Source: an uncultured Solirubrobacterales bacterium (GTDB lineage: Bacteria > Actinomycetota > Thermoleophilia > Solirubrobacterales > 70-9). From it: a stretch of DNA of 64,000 nt. Position numbers and translations under genes: made by a program. The stretch covers positions 8,143 through 72,142 of the forward strand of contig CAWJUU010000004.1 in the NCBI GenBank assembly GCA_963846165.1. The letters run 5' to 3'. Below the pieces are notes generated by a model. That model was not told the origin of the DNA. It worked only from the letters and a program-made list of their open reading frames with translations, and made no database searches. Shown one piece after another: positions 1 through 10,084 of the stretch (positions are counted from its first letter, which is position 1; each line of letters opens with the position of its first letter).

Positions 1-617
1 GTATCACGTCTCCTATCCGTTCGTCTTCTTCGTCGGAGAGGATGCGTACATGCTCCCCGAGACCGGGGCTAACCGCACCATCGAGCTGTACAAAGCCGAA
101 TCGTTTCCCAACGACTGGAAGCTCGAGGCGACCCTCCTGGATAACGTCAGGGCAGTCGACCCGACGCTGATCGAACACGACGGGCGCTACTGGCTCTTCG
201 CCAACGTCGCCGTCGAGGAGGCATCCAGGAACGACGAGCTCTCGCTGTTCTCAGCCGGTCTCCATCCTCGGCCCATGGGAGCCGCACCCCCGCAACCCGA
301 TCGTCTCCGACGTACGCCGCGCGCGTCCCGCCGGCCGCCCGTTCATCCACCGAGGCGGCAGCCTGATCAGGCCTTCCCAGGACTGCTCCGACTCCTACGG
401 CAGAGCGATCGTCTTCAACCGCGTCGAGCTGCTGAGCGAGGCGGACTACCGCGAGACGACCATCGGCAGGCTCGAGCCGGGGTGGTGCCGCGCGAATCTC
501 GGTACGCACACCTACTCCCGCTCGGAGACGTGGGAGGTCGTCGACGGGCGCGCCCTGGTGAGCAAGCTCGGCGGCTATCTCGATGCGAGGCGACCCCGTG
601 GTCGACAAGCCGGCTGA
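1..617 (+). pseudogene. EPS-associated beta-propeller protein (glucosamine-inositolphosphorylceramide-transferase-like family), 5' partial and frameshifted
   Basis: Frame 2 is open from the left edge (YHVSYPFVFF..DGRYWLFANV). After a shift near 255-265 the protein-like sequence continues in frame 0 (GPWEPHPRNPIVSDVRRARPAGRPFIHRGGSLIRPSQDCSDSYGRAIVFNRVELL), ending at TGA 615-617. Confidence 0.5.
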
Positions 618-633
618 GCGCCCGGGCGGTCCG

Positions 634-1761
634 ATGACTGAGTCCCGCCCGCGGGTGTTGTTCGTCAGCAGCGACGACTTCGACCTGCCTCTCGCGCCCG
701 CACTCGCCAAGAAGTGGGACGCGCTCTCCAAGGAATTCGACGTGCGATCGATCAGTCCGGCGGGGGCGGTGCGGGCGACGGATCCGAGATTCCGGTTGGT
801 GCGCCAAGCGCCGTCGCCCATCGGGCACCTCGTCTACTTCGCTTCGCTGCCGACCATCGTCGCGCTCGAGCTGCGCCGCTTCAGGCCCGACGTGATCGTC
901 ACCACAGGTCCCTATGAGGCATTCATGCTGCTGCCGGCGTGGAAGCTCGCGCGGCCGCACTCGAAGCTGCTGATCCAACTGCACGGAGACTGGCGGACCG
1001 CGCCGCGCCTTTATGGGTCGTCAGTCCGCCGCTTGTATGCCCGACTCAGTGACCGGGTTGCCGAGTTCGCACTCCGCCACGCCTCAGGCGTCAGAGCGCT
1101 CTCGGAGTTCACGGAGTCGCTGGCGCTGGAGGTCACGGGGCGCGGCCCGCTCTCCGTCTTTCCCGGGTACATCGATCTGGAGAGCTTTACGAGGGAGCCC
1201 CCACGATCGCTTCCCGATCGACCGTCCATCACCTGGATCGGAGTCCTTCAGAGATCTAAGAATCCCCGCCTGCTCGCCGACGCCTGGCGCCTCGTCGCCG
1301 CGCGCACGACCGCGGCGCGACTGGTGGTGGTCGGCCAAGGCCCCGAGCAGCCGATCGTCGACGAGCTCGTGCGCGACTTCCCGACCCGCGCGACGAGTCT
1401 CTCCTCGCTGAATCCCCCCGAGATCGCGAGGCTCCTCGACGACAGCACCGTGCTGGTCATGTCGTCCGAATCGGAGGGGCTGCCCAGGGTGATCATGGAG
1501 GCGTTCACCCGCGGGCGCCCCGTCGTGGCCACCGCCGTCGGTGGCGTGCCGGACATCGTGAAGACCGGCCGCAACGGAATGCTCGTCCCGAGCGGGGACG
1601 CCCAGGAACTCGCGGACGCGCTGGTTCGGGTCCTGGATGATCGGGCGTTCGCCGAGCAGCTTTCGCGCGGAGCGCTCGAGGATGCGGACCGGTTGCGCTG
1701 CACGCCCAGGGAATTCTCGACGGCGTTTCGCCAGTTCGTGGATTCCGCCCTCAGCGCCTGA
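634..1761 (+). CDS. glycosyltransferase family 4
   Basis: ATG at 634 (MTESRPRVLFVSS). C-terminal GT4 EX7E region SESEGLPRVIMEAFTRGRPVVATAVGGVPDIV. Confidence 0.85.
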   Translation: MTESRPRVLFVSSDDFDLPLAPALAKKWDALSKEFDVRSISPAGAVRATDPRFRLVRQAPSPIGHLVYFASLPTIVALELRRFRPDVIVTTGPYEAFMLLPAWKLARPHSKLLIQLHGDWRTAPRLYGSSVRRLYARLSDRVAEFALRHASGVRALSEFTESLALEVTGRGPLSVFPGYIDLESFTREPPRSLPDRPSITWIGVLQRSKNPRLLADAWRLVAARTTAARLVVVGQGPEQPIVDELVRDFPTRATSLSSLNPPEIARLLDDSTVLVMSSESEGLPRVIMEAFTRGRPVVATAVGGVPDIVKTGRNGMLVPSGDAQELADALVRVLDDRAFAEQLSRGALEDADRLRCTPREFSTAFRQFVDSALSA

Positions 1762-2890
1762 TCGCGGCCATTGCGAGCTCCCGCTCGAGGGCCTCGAATA
1801 TCGGTTCGACGCGATACCTGCCGCTGACAGTGCGGGCGCCCTCGCGCAAGGTCTCCCGCAGCTCGGGATCCTCGACCAGCGAGGCCATCGCAGCTCCGAA
1901 CGCTCGCGAGTCACCAGGCGATACCAGGATCCCGTTGACGCCCGTCTCGACGATCTCAGGGACACCGCCGACCGAGGTGGCGATGACCGGCGTCCCCGCG
2001 GCCAGTGCCTCGACGGCCGCGTGGGGGAAGTTCTCGAACTTGCTTGGCAGGATCGCGGCATCGGCGGCGCGCAGCCACTCGATCGCCGCGGCGCGGGGAA
2101 GCGCCCCCTTCAGCGAGATTCGCTCGCCGACGCCGCTCTTCGCGATCATCCGGATCAGATCTTCGCGCTCAGGGCCGTCGCCGATCACGACGAGTGACGC
2201 GTCAGGGACCGCACCCAGAGCCGTTATCGCCAGCGGCAGGTTCTTCGCGTCGACGAGGCGGCCCACGAAGACGAACGTGGGGAACCGGATCCCCAGCCGC
2301 CCGCGCAGCTCGTCCCTCGAGGTGAGTCGATCAATGCGCGGTGCAGGATTGGGAACGACGGATATCCGGTCGGCTGGGAGCCCCCAACCGCATGCGATGT
2401 CGGCGAAGAAGCGGCTCGGAATGACCACGCGCGAAGCCCTCGAAAGGGTGAGCCGCCTCAACCATTTGAGAGCGCGCACGGAGCTCTGGGTCTGGCGCCC
2501 CTGGAACTCCTCCAGCGTGCCGGAAAAGACCCCGAGCGAGCGCGCGCGGTCGTAGGCGGGATCATTGACCAGCTTGAGCACGAGCGGCACGCGGTGGAGA
2601 ATCGACGCGAGCGCACTCCTTGCGTACATGCCGGTCGCGTAGATCACGTCCGCTCGCCTCGCGGCCGCGATAACGGCCATTGCTCCAGCGGGCAGCCGGA
2701 TTAGCAGTTGCCGGTCACTTCGCGACATCGTCAGCGGAAATCCCGGATCCAGCGCCCCGGCCTTGCGGGCGGTGGTGACGGCGCGCACCTGATGACCACG
2801 ATCGATAAGGAACTTGCCGAACTCCGGGCCGTGGGAGGCCGGCCCGCCGACCTCGGGTGGCCAGATCCCGGAGACGATCAGGACCCTCAT
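1751..2890 (-). CDS. glycosyltransferase family 4
   Basis: MRVLIVSGIWPPEVGGPASH N-terminus. SKFENFPHAAVEALAAGTPVIATSVGGVPEIVETGVNG motif. Confidence 0.85.
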   Translation of the reverse strand: MRVLIVSGIWPPEVGGPASHGPEFGKFLIDRGHQVRAVTTARKAGALDPGFPLTMSRSDRQLLIRLPAGAMAVIAAARRADVIYATGMYARSALASILHRVPLVLKLVNDPAYDRARSLGVFSGTLEEFQGRQTQSSVRALKWLRRLTLSRASRVVIPSRFFADIACGWGLPADRISVVPNPAPRIDRLTSRDELRGRLGIRFPTFVFVGRLVDAKNLPLAITALGAVPDASLVVIGDGPEREDLIRMIAKSGVGERISLKGALPRAAAIEWLRAADAAILPSKFENFPHAAVEALAAGTPVIATSVGGVPEIVETGVNGILVSPGDSRAFGAAMASLVEDPELRETLREGARTVSGRYRVEPIFEALERELAMAAIRR

Positions 2891-2940
2891 GGCCGGCAGA
2901 ACCCCGCCCTCGCCTAGACTCGGACCCTCTCCTCACCGGG

Positions 2941-3839
2941 ATGATCATGACCAGTCAGCCGTCAAGAGCGCTCTCCAGAACGGCCCCCCAAGCCGAGCCG
3001 AGGGGCCCGGACGTGATTGGCATCGGCGCCCAGCGAACCGGATCGTCGTGGATGTATGCGTGCATGTATGAGCATCCCCAGATCTGCATGCCGCGAAAGG
3101 AGATCAACTTCTTCAGCCGCGAGCGCAACTGGAGTCGAGGCTTCGAGTGGTACGAGGGCATCTTCGCGGAGTGTCCGGCGACCGCGGTTTGCGGTGAGTT
3201 CTCCACCTCCTACCTGCCGGACCCCGAGACTCCGCGGCGCATCCACGATCGCTACCCGGATGTGCGCCTGATCGTCTCTCTCAGGCACCCGGCGGAGCGG
3301 GCGTACTCGAGCTACCTCAACGACATCCTCGCCGGTGTGGTGTCGCCGAAGCAGGGCTTCCCGGAGGCGCTCGACGCCCATCCGGAGTACATCGAAGGCA
3401 GCCGATACGGCCACCATCTGAGCAACTTCCTCGAACTGTTCTGCCGCGATCAGATCCTGGTCTCGATGTTCGACGAAGCGCGCCGGGATCCGCTTGCCAC
3501 CGTTCGGCAGATCTACCGGTTCCTCGACGTCGACCCGGAGTTCCGGCCACGATGCTCGACCGCCCGGTCGGCATCGGTCGCGTCCCCAGGTCGCAGGGCG
3601 CGGAACGCTCGATGCTCGAGCTCGCCGAGGCCTTTCGGCATCGACGGGCGCTGAGGCCCGTGTGGTGGATGGCCAAGAAGTCGGGAATCGGCGATCGCTT
3701 TCGGGCTCTCAACACGCGCGCCGTGAAATCGGGTGGGCTGGATCCAGAGGATCGCCGCGCCTTCATCTGCGAGCTCGAGCCTGACGTCAGGGTCCTGGAG
3801 GACCTGCTTGATCTCGAGCTGTCCGCCTGGCGCTCGTGA
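2941..3839 (+). pseudogene. PAPS-dependent sulfotransferase (ST1), one frameshift near 3545
   Basis: 5'-PSB loop GAQRTGSSW and 3'-PB LRHPAERAYSSY. The C-terminus continues in another frame (PMLDRPVGIGRVPRS...LELSAWRS). Confidence 0.75.
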
Positions 3840-4677
3840 GGCGCCCGACAGTCGCGCCGCGACCGCTGCATCGTCTTCCTCCACATCCCGAAGACCGGCG
3901 GGGTGACGCTGCGGCGGACGCTGAAGCGGAAGTACTCGCGGATCCTCTCCGAGGACGACCCTCGATCCCGGGTCGCTCCGAGGCGCTCGCGCGGGTGCCG
4001 CTGAGCGAGCGCGCGGCCGCGCAGGTCGTCGCCGGGCACCTGCACTACGGCGTCCACGAGTACATCCCGCGAGAATGTGACTACATCACCGTCCTCCGCG
4101 AGCCGGTCGCGCGGGTCGTCTCCGCCTACAACCACATCCTCGAACACCCCAAGCACGTACTGCACGCCGAGCTCGTGCGCTCCAGCGAGCCGCTGGAGAC
4201 CTTCCTGCGCATCGATCCGACCGTCGACAATCACCAGACCAGGATGGTCTCGGGCCGCGGTGGCGCTGAGCTCACAGCGAGGTCGCCGGAGCCCGGGGGC
4301 CCCGAAGCGCTCGAGGAGGCGAAGCGAAACCTCGAGCGGTTCCTAGTCGTCGGCGTAACGGAGCGCTTCGACGAGACGTTCATCCTGCTCCGGCGCGCGC
4401 TGGGATGGAGGCTGCCCTTCTACGTGACCGCCAACGTCGCCGGCGGGCGACGCCGGTCAGCGAGTCCGCCCGCGAGCTGATCCGCAAGCGCAACCAGCTC
4501 GACGTCGAGCTGTATCGGTTCGCCGACAGGCTGCTCTCCACCGCGATCGCCGAGCAGGGCCCCTCGTTTCCGCGCGAGGTCGCGGCGTTCAGGGCCCTGA
4601 ACCGGGTGCCCAACGTGGCGAACCGGCATCTGTCAGGGCGAGCCCGCCGGATCCTTCGGGCCGCGCTCCCGCGCTGA
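3836..4677 (+). pseudogene. sulfotransferase family 2-like (ST2), about three frameshifts (near 3855, 3958, 4445)
   Basis: GTG 3836 overlaps the ST1 stop. CIVFLHIPKTGGVTLRRTLKRKY lies in frame 0 and VLREPVARVVSAYNH in frame 2. The C-terminus (ELIRKRNQLDVELYRFA) is in frame 1. Confidence 0.7.
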
Positions 4678-4694
4678 GTCCGAGACAGCGAAGA

Positions 4695-5864
4695 GTGCGA
4701 GCCAAGCTCAGTCGGCCAAGCTGGCGCACTCTAGTATCGGCATCCTCGGTGGCCGAACTCCCAGGGATCCTCACGGGGCGCCGCATTGCTCACTTCGGCC
4801 ACCACGATCCGCACTATTCGCGCAATCGGATAATCGCGCGGGCGCTGTCGCTCTGTGGCGCAGAGGTCACGCAGATCGCGGATCGGCGGCCGTTCGTCCG
4901 GCGTACGCCGCGCCTGGTCGGCAAGGTCGCTCGCACTGAGGTCGACGCGATCGTGGTGGGATTTCCGTCCCATTCCGACGTGCCTGTCGCGCGCGCGATC
5001 GCGCGTGCGAAAGGCATCGCCACCGTGTTCGATCCGCTGACCTCGCGGTGGGAGAACGCCGTCATCGATCGCCGGGCGGTTGCGCCGCGGAGCATTCGCG
5101 CCACTCGCTACCGGCTGAACGACAGCGTGGCCTGTCGGCTCGCGGACCTGGTCTTGCTCGACACCCAGGCTCACATCGACTTCTTCTGCGAGGAATTCGG
5201 CCTCGCGCCGGCGAAGTTCCGGCGGGTCTGGGTGGGTTCCGACGAACAGATCATGAAGCCGCTCGAAGCGCCGCAACGCAGGGACGACTTCGTCGTCTTC
5301 TTCTACGGGAGCTTTCTCCCGTTCCAGGGAGCCGAGTACATCGTTCGGGCGGCTCGCCTGCTCGAGCAGCGACGGGAGCAGGTCCGTTTCGTGCTCTGTG
5401 GTGACGGACCGACATACAAGGCCGTGCGCGGCCTCAGCGAGCGACTCGCGGTCGGCAACGTGGAGTTCCTGCCGCCCTGCTCCGTCGAGCGACTGGCGGC
5501 TCTCATCGGCGCAAGCGACGTCTGCCTGGGGGTGTTCGGTACGAACGCGAAGGCGCTGCGCGTGATCCCCAACAAGGTGTTCGACGCGCTCGCGTGCCGG
5601 CGCCCCTTGATCACCGGCGACGCCCCCGCCGTCCGCGAGGCGCTGACGGACCAAGAGCACGTCTGGCTCTGTCGGTTCGGCGACGAAGAGGCGCTCGCGG
5701 ACGCGATCGCGACGCTGCGGCACGACCGGCGGCTGCGCGATCGACTCGCGCACAACGGGCACGAGCTGTTCCGCCGCCGCTTCTCGACTGCCGCGCTGGC
5801 TCCGGAGATCGGCAGGATCGTGCGCGGGGCGATCGATGGCTCAGGCGTCGCGAGGGCGGGCTGA
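4695..5864 (+). CDS. glycosyltransferase (GT4-like)
   Basis: Intact 389-aa ORF. Rossmann-type C-terminal half (FVVFFYGSFLPFQGAEYIV..VIPNKVFDALACRRPLITGD). Confidence 0.7.
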   Translation: MRAKLSRPSWRTLVSASSVAELPGILTGRRIAHFGHHDPHYSRNRIIARALSLCGAEVTQIADRRPFVRRTPRLVGKVARTEVDAIVVGFPSHSDVPVARAIARAKGIATVFDPLTSRWENAVIDRRAVAPRSIRATRYRLNDSVACRLADLVLLDTQAHIDFFCEEFGLAPAKFRRVWVGSDEQIMKPLEAPQRRDDFVVFFYGSFLPFQGAEYIVRAARLLEQRREQVRFVLCGDGPTYKAVRGLSERLAVGNVEFLPPCSVERLAALIGASDVCLGVFGTNAKALRVIPNKVFDALACRRPLITGDAPAVREALTDQEHVWLCRFGDEEALADAIATLRHDRRLRDRLAHNGHELFRRRFSTAALAPEIGRIVRGAIDGSGVARAG

Positions 5865-5910
5865 TGGGCAGCAGGGGGATGCTCGAACAGGCGTTGCCTG
5901 CGTGGCGCCG

Positions 5911-6993
5911 ATGATCGCGCCCGAGGCGAGACGGGGGCTCGGGGTCATCTTCATCTCCCAGGCGGTCGATTGCGACGATCCGGTCGTGCCGCACACCGTC
6001 CGGTGGATCGAGGCGCTGGCGCGCAAGCCGAGCATCGATCGGGTCGCCGTTCTGGCGCTGCGCACCGGCCGCTACGAGCTTCCGGGAAACGTCGCCGTCG
6101 ACCGGTTCGGCAGATCGAACAGGCTCGGCACGCTCGCGGCGTTCTATCGCGGCGTCGTGCGTTCACTGCGCCGCCGGCCCGACTTGATCTTCATCCACCA
6201 GGGCGGGCCCTATCCGGCGCTGCTGCTGCCCGTCAAGCTGTTGGCGAGGACCCCAGTCGTCCAGTGGAAGGCGCACGGTGTCATCACTCGCGCGATGGCG
6301 TTCTACGCCCGCCGGTGCGACGACCTGATCTTCACGGCCACGCGCGCGTCGTTTCCGATGCGGATGGCGAAGGTCCGCGTCGTGGGACACGGCATCGATA
6401 CACAAGCCTTCAGCAGCCACGCAGAGGAACCGGTGGGCGATCTGATCGCCGTCGGCCGAATAGCGCCGATCAAGTGCATCGAGGAGATGGTCAGGGCGGT
6501 CGACCACGCCAACCGGACGTACGGGACGGCGTACCGTCTCGACATCTACGGCCCGACGCTGCCGGGCGACGAGGGATACGCGGCGCGGGTCGACACGCTC
6601 ATCGACCGGCTCGGAGCGCGCGACCGCATCGCGCTCCACGGGCCCGTGCTGCACGCGGATCTGCCGCGCCTGCTAAACGCACACCGGGCCGCCCTGAACT
6701 TCTCCAACCATCGCGCAATCGACAAGTCCGCGCTCGAGGCCATGGCATGTGGCCTTCCGGTGATCTCCACGAACGAGTCCGTAGCCGAGATCATGCCGAG
6801 CGGTCTCGAGCCTGTCCTGATCACCGACGCGGAGAACGAAGAAGCCCAAGCGAAGGCGATCCATGGGGTGCTGCGACAGGAGCGCACCGAGATCGCAGCG
6901 CTGGGCGAACGGATGCGCGCCGTGGTTGTCGCCGATCACAGCATCGACCGGCTCTTCGACCGGATCCTGGAAGACGTCCGGACGCTGCTGTGA
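5911..6993 (+). CDS. glycosyltransferase (GT1/GT4 superfamily)
   Basis: ATG 5911 (MIAPEARRGLGVIFISQ). IDKSALEAMACGLPVISTNES motif. An alternative start at 5836 is possible. Confidence 0.75.
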   Translation: MIAPEARRGLGVIFISQAVDCDDPVVPHTVRWIEALARKPSIDRVAVLALRTGRYELPGNVAVDRFGRSNRLGTLAAFYRGVVRSLRRRPDLIFIHQGGPYPALLLPVKLLARTPVVQWKAHGVITRAMAFYARRCDDLIFTATRASFPMRMAKVRVVGHGIDTQAFSSHAEEPVGDLIAVGRIAPIKCIEEMVRAVDHANRTYGTAYRLDIYGPTLPGDEGYAARVDTLIDRLGARDRIALHGPVLHADLPRLLNAHRAALNFSNHRAIDKSALEAMACGLPVISTNESVAEIMPSGLEPVLITDAENEEAQAKAIHGVLRQERTEIAALGERMRAVVVADHSIDRLFDRILEDVRTLL

Positions 6994-7814
6994 GCTCGCG
7001 CTGGAAGCAAGGCATCAGGAACACGCTGGTGAGGGCGGGCGGCGCAGCCGTCGCCGTCCGCGGCCCGAAGGCGGGCAAGCGTGCGCTCGCGTTCCACGAA
7101 GTGCCCGACCCCGCGCGGTTCGCGGAGTTCCTCGACCGGGTTCTTGCCGAGTACGACGTCCTTGCGCTGCAGGACTGGCTCACGGCACCTCCGGCCGACC
7201 GGACTCAGCTCACCCTGACCTTCGACGACGGATACGCGTCGTGGCACGAGTTCGTCGCGCCCCTGCTCGAGGAACGCGGCCTGCCGGCCGTGTTCTTCGT
7301 GAGCTCGGGCCTGGTGGGCTTGCGCGGAAGCGAGGCGCGGGAGTTCGCCCGCACCCGCCTTCGCCGCACCCAGGAGCTCACGTTCATCGGCGCGCGTGAG
7401 CTCGAGGACCTCGTGCGACATCCCCGATTCGAGATCGGGGGCCACACCGTTACACACGCCGATCTCGGACAGATCACCGACCCGGACATCGCCCGCGCCG
7501 AGATCGCCGGCGACCAGGCGTGGCTGGAGGACCTGGTGGGCGCCCCGGTGCGCTGGTTCGCGTACCCGTTCGGAAACCACGCGAACGTCGCGTCGACGGC
7601 TCGGTCGCTCGTGGAGGCGCTCGGCATGTCGGCGGCGTTCACCCTGATTCCGGGCTGGTGGGATCCCGGTAAGGGGGACAGGTTCCTGATCGGACGCGAC
7701 GGGATCGACCCAGCGCTTCCGTACGCCGTCTGGCGCGCCTGGCTGCGCGGTGGCTATGACCGCTTGTTCTCGGTCAAGACGGCCGCCACGAGCTTGGTCC
7801 GCTCGAGCGGTTGA
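6990..7814 (+). CDS. polysaccharide deacetylase (CE4)
   Basis: GTG 6990 overlaps the upstream stop. LTLTFDDGYASW (TFDDG motif), IGGHTVTHADL (HxxxH), WFAYPFG. Confidence 0.8.
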   Translation: MSSRWKQGIRNTLVRAGGAAVAVRGPKAGKRALAFHEVPDPARFAEFLDRVLAEYDVLALQDWLTAPPADRTQLTLTFDDGYASWHEFVAPLLEERGLPAVFFVSSGLVGLRGSEAREFARTRLRRTQELTFIGARELEDLVRHPRFEIGGHTVTHADLGQITDPDIARAEIAGDQAWLEDLVGAPVRWFAYPFGNHANVASTARSLVEALGMSAAFTLIPGWWDPGKGDRFLIGRDGIDPALPYAVWRAWLRGGYDRLFSVKTAATSLVRSSG

Positions 7815-7904
7815 ACGCCTGCTAGCTGCGGTCGACTTACTTCGCCCGTCGTCCGGCAGGCTGAACGGGCTCACATTGGCGAGGGCGGATACGGAGAGTG
7901 CTGA

Positions 7905-7982
7905 TCGTCCGGCGGCTGCTTCATCTTCCCCAACGACGTGGCGTTCCTGGACGTCCTCAAGGACGCCGGATTCACTCGCTGA
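7905..7982 (+). pseudogene. short fragment homologous to the CE4-2 deacetylase segment at about 8764-8830
   Basis: The translation SSGGCFIFPNDVAFLDVLKDAGFTR* matches SSFIFPKNHLGFLDVLSDAGFTAY further downstream. Confidence 0.4.
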
Positions 7983-7983
7983 T

Positions 7984-8161
7984 CGCCGACAAGAAGAGCA
8001 CCAGCTGCAGGCACAGATGATCCACGAGTTGCTCAGCAGGCCCGAGACGGAGATCGCCCGGCTCGGAAAGCGGATGCGCGCGCTGGTGGTGTCGGAGCCA
8101 CAGCATCGAGCCGCTCTTCGACCGCATCCTGGAGCAGATCAGGACATTGGATCGGCGCTGA
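7984..8161 (+). pseudogene. C-terminal remnant of a glycosyltransferase paralogous to the gene at 5911-6993
   Basis: QEEHQLQAQMIHELLSRPETEIARLGKRMRALVVSE then (shifted) HSIEPLFDRILEQIRTLDRR*. This aligns to NEEAQAKAIHGVLRQERTEIAALGERMRAVVVADHSIDRLFDRILEDVRTLL*. Confidence 0.55.
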
Positions 8162-9149
8162 GGAAGGCCTTCACACGCATAAGCCGATCAAAATTCATAC
8201 GCCGGGCGGGCCGGCTACTGAAGACCGGGTCGACCCATGTTCCGGATTATCAGCGCTACCTGTCGCTCTTAAAGGCCGAACGGAGCTCATTTGCGGGTCG
8301 GACGTTCAACCTGACGATCGACTTTGAGCTCGGCTGGTCACGCGCACGGCGCGACGGCGGATCGACCACCCGTCAGGAGGCCTTGCAACGGGCTCAGCGC
8401 GCCCGCGCCGCCTTCCCGGCGTTACTCGAGGCGAGCGATCGGTACGCGGTGCCGATCACCTTTGCCGTAGTCGGTCATCTCGCGATGGCCCGCTGCGAGC
8501 ACCCGCCAACGCCCGCCTTCGCACCGTATTGGCTGGGAGAGGATTGGTTCGCGATCGATCCGAGCACGGACGGGGATAGGGATCCCGCCTATTACGCGGC
8601 AGACGCGATCGAGGCGATCGCCCGCGGCGATGTGGCTCATGAGATCGGAAGTCACGGCTTTTCTCACGTCGACCTCGGAGATGACGCTACGACGCGCGAA
8701 ATCGCCACCTATGAAATCGTCGAATCGAGAAACGCTCTGCGAAGATACGACCCGGCCATTTCGAGCTTCATCTTTCCCAAGAACCATCTCGGATTCCTGG
8801 ACGTTCTCAGTGACGCCGGATTCACCGCCTATCGCTCGGGCGCCTACCTGCCATCGATCGAGATGAACATGGCATGTGGCGCTTTCCCAAGGGCCTGTGG
8901 CTCTCGCCGCAGGCATGCAGTCCTGACGAGGTGCTCGCTCTTGCAGATGTCGCCAAGGCCCAGCAACAGCTCATCCACACGTGGTGCCACCTTCACGAGT
9001 TTGCCTCGGCGAAGGAGGCGGGCGCGTACTTCTCCGCGCTCTTTCGGGGATTGGCCGATCGGCGTCAGCGCGGCCTGACGGTGCGAACCATGCGCGATGT
9101 GGTTAGAGAGGAAGCAGCGGCCCTCTCCACGAGGGAGACGCCTTTGCCC
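8017..9149 (+). pseudogene. polysaccharide deacetylase family protein (CE4-2); uncertain start, frameshift near 8860
   Basis: NLTIDFELGW, PITFAVVGHLA and HEIGSHGFSHVDL motifs. There is no ATG/GTG/TTG between the GT remnant and the domain, so the only in-frame ATG (8017) lies inside the remnant. The C-terminus is in frame 0 and runs without a stop into the next gene. Confidence 0.55.
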
Positions 9150-10077
9150 ATGAGCCCTGACCCTGCGTCCGCGTCGCGCGGCGACTCTCCGATCTTCGTG
9201 GTGGGGGTCGCGCATTCAGGGACCACGATCCTTCATCGGATGCTGGCCTACCACCCCGCGCTCGCTTGGTTCTCTCAGTTCTCGCTTCGAGGCGGCGAGA
9301 TCCGGGGTCGGTCGCGCATCCCGGGAGCCGGCCTTATGGACAGGCAGCTTCGGTCGATCCCTCATCGCTGGCAGAAGCAGAAACCCAGCTTCCGACGGCC
9401 GCCTCTGACGCCTCGCCCGGGCGAGGCGTCGGACGATTTGGGCCGACCTCATCAATGATGGCCGCGAGTTCGCCTCGGTGGAGGAACTCGACGAATCGAC
9501 GCCGGGTTCCGGCGGCCCGAGGAGCGCCAGCGCGACGATCGACGGGGACCGGCTGCGATCATGTCTGGCGGCGTTCAGCGAGCAATTCGAGGGCCGACGA
9601 GTGCTGGCCAAGCTCCCTCCTCCCGACTTCTCCCGCTATCTCGAGCCGGTCCAGACGGCCTTTCCCGGCGCCCTGTTCGTGCACATAGTCCGCGATGGGC
9701 GGCCCGTTTCATTCAGCCTGCGGCCGAAGTTCGAACCGAGGCTGGATGCTCGCAGCGCGCTGCTCGCCGCGGCCCGCCACTGGGTGGCCACGCTTGATCG
9801 AGTCCATGCAACTCGCGAGACCGACCTGCTCGAGGTGCGCTACGAGGATCTCTGTGAGGACGTGCACGGGGTCATCCGGACGATTCTCGACCGCGCCGCC
9901 CTCGACCCGGAGGCGTTTCCCTTCGGGCGATGCCCATCACGGCTCTCGCAGACGAACTCGCGCTGGGTGGACCAGGCGACGCCCCGGGAGCTCGAGGAAG
10001 TGTCCGAGATTCAGCGCGAGCAGCTGAACCGGTTCGGGTATCCGCTGGTGTTGGCGGCCGCCGGCAGCTTTTCGTGA
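9150..10077 (+). pseudogene. sulfotransferase (ST3), one frameshift near 9432
   Basis: IFVVGVAHSGTTILHRMLAYHP (5'-PSB) and VHIVRDGRPVSFS (3'-PB). It is a paralogue of the gene at 10085-10888 along its whole length. Confidence 0.7.
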
Positions 10078-10084
10078 GCGGCTG

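Noticed and set aside
5970-6989. N-terminal ~340 aa of the 614-aa track ORF (5970-7814)
   Set aside because: It is Arg/Pro/Gly-rich and is an out-of-frame read through the glycosyltransferase gene at 5911-6993. Only the part from GTG 6990 has deacetylase motifs.
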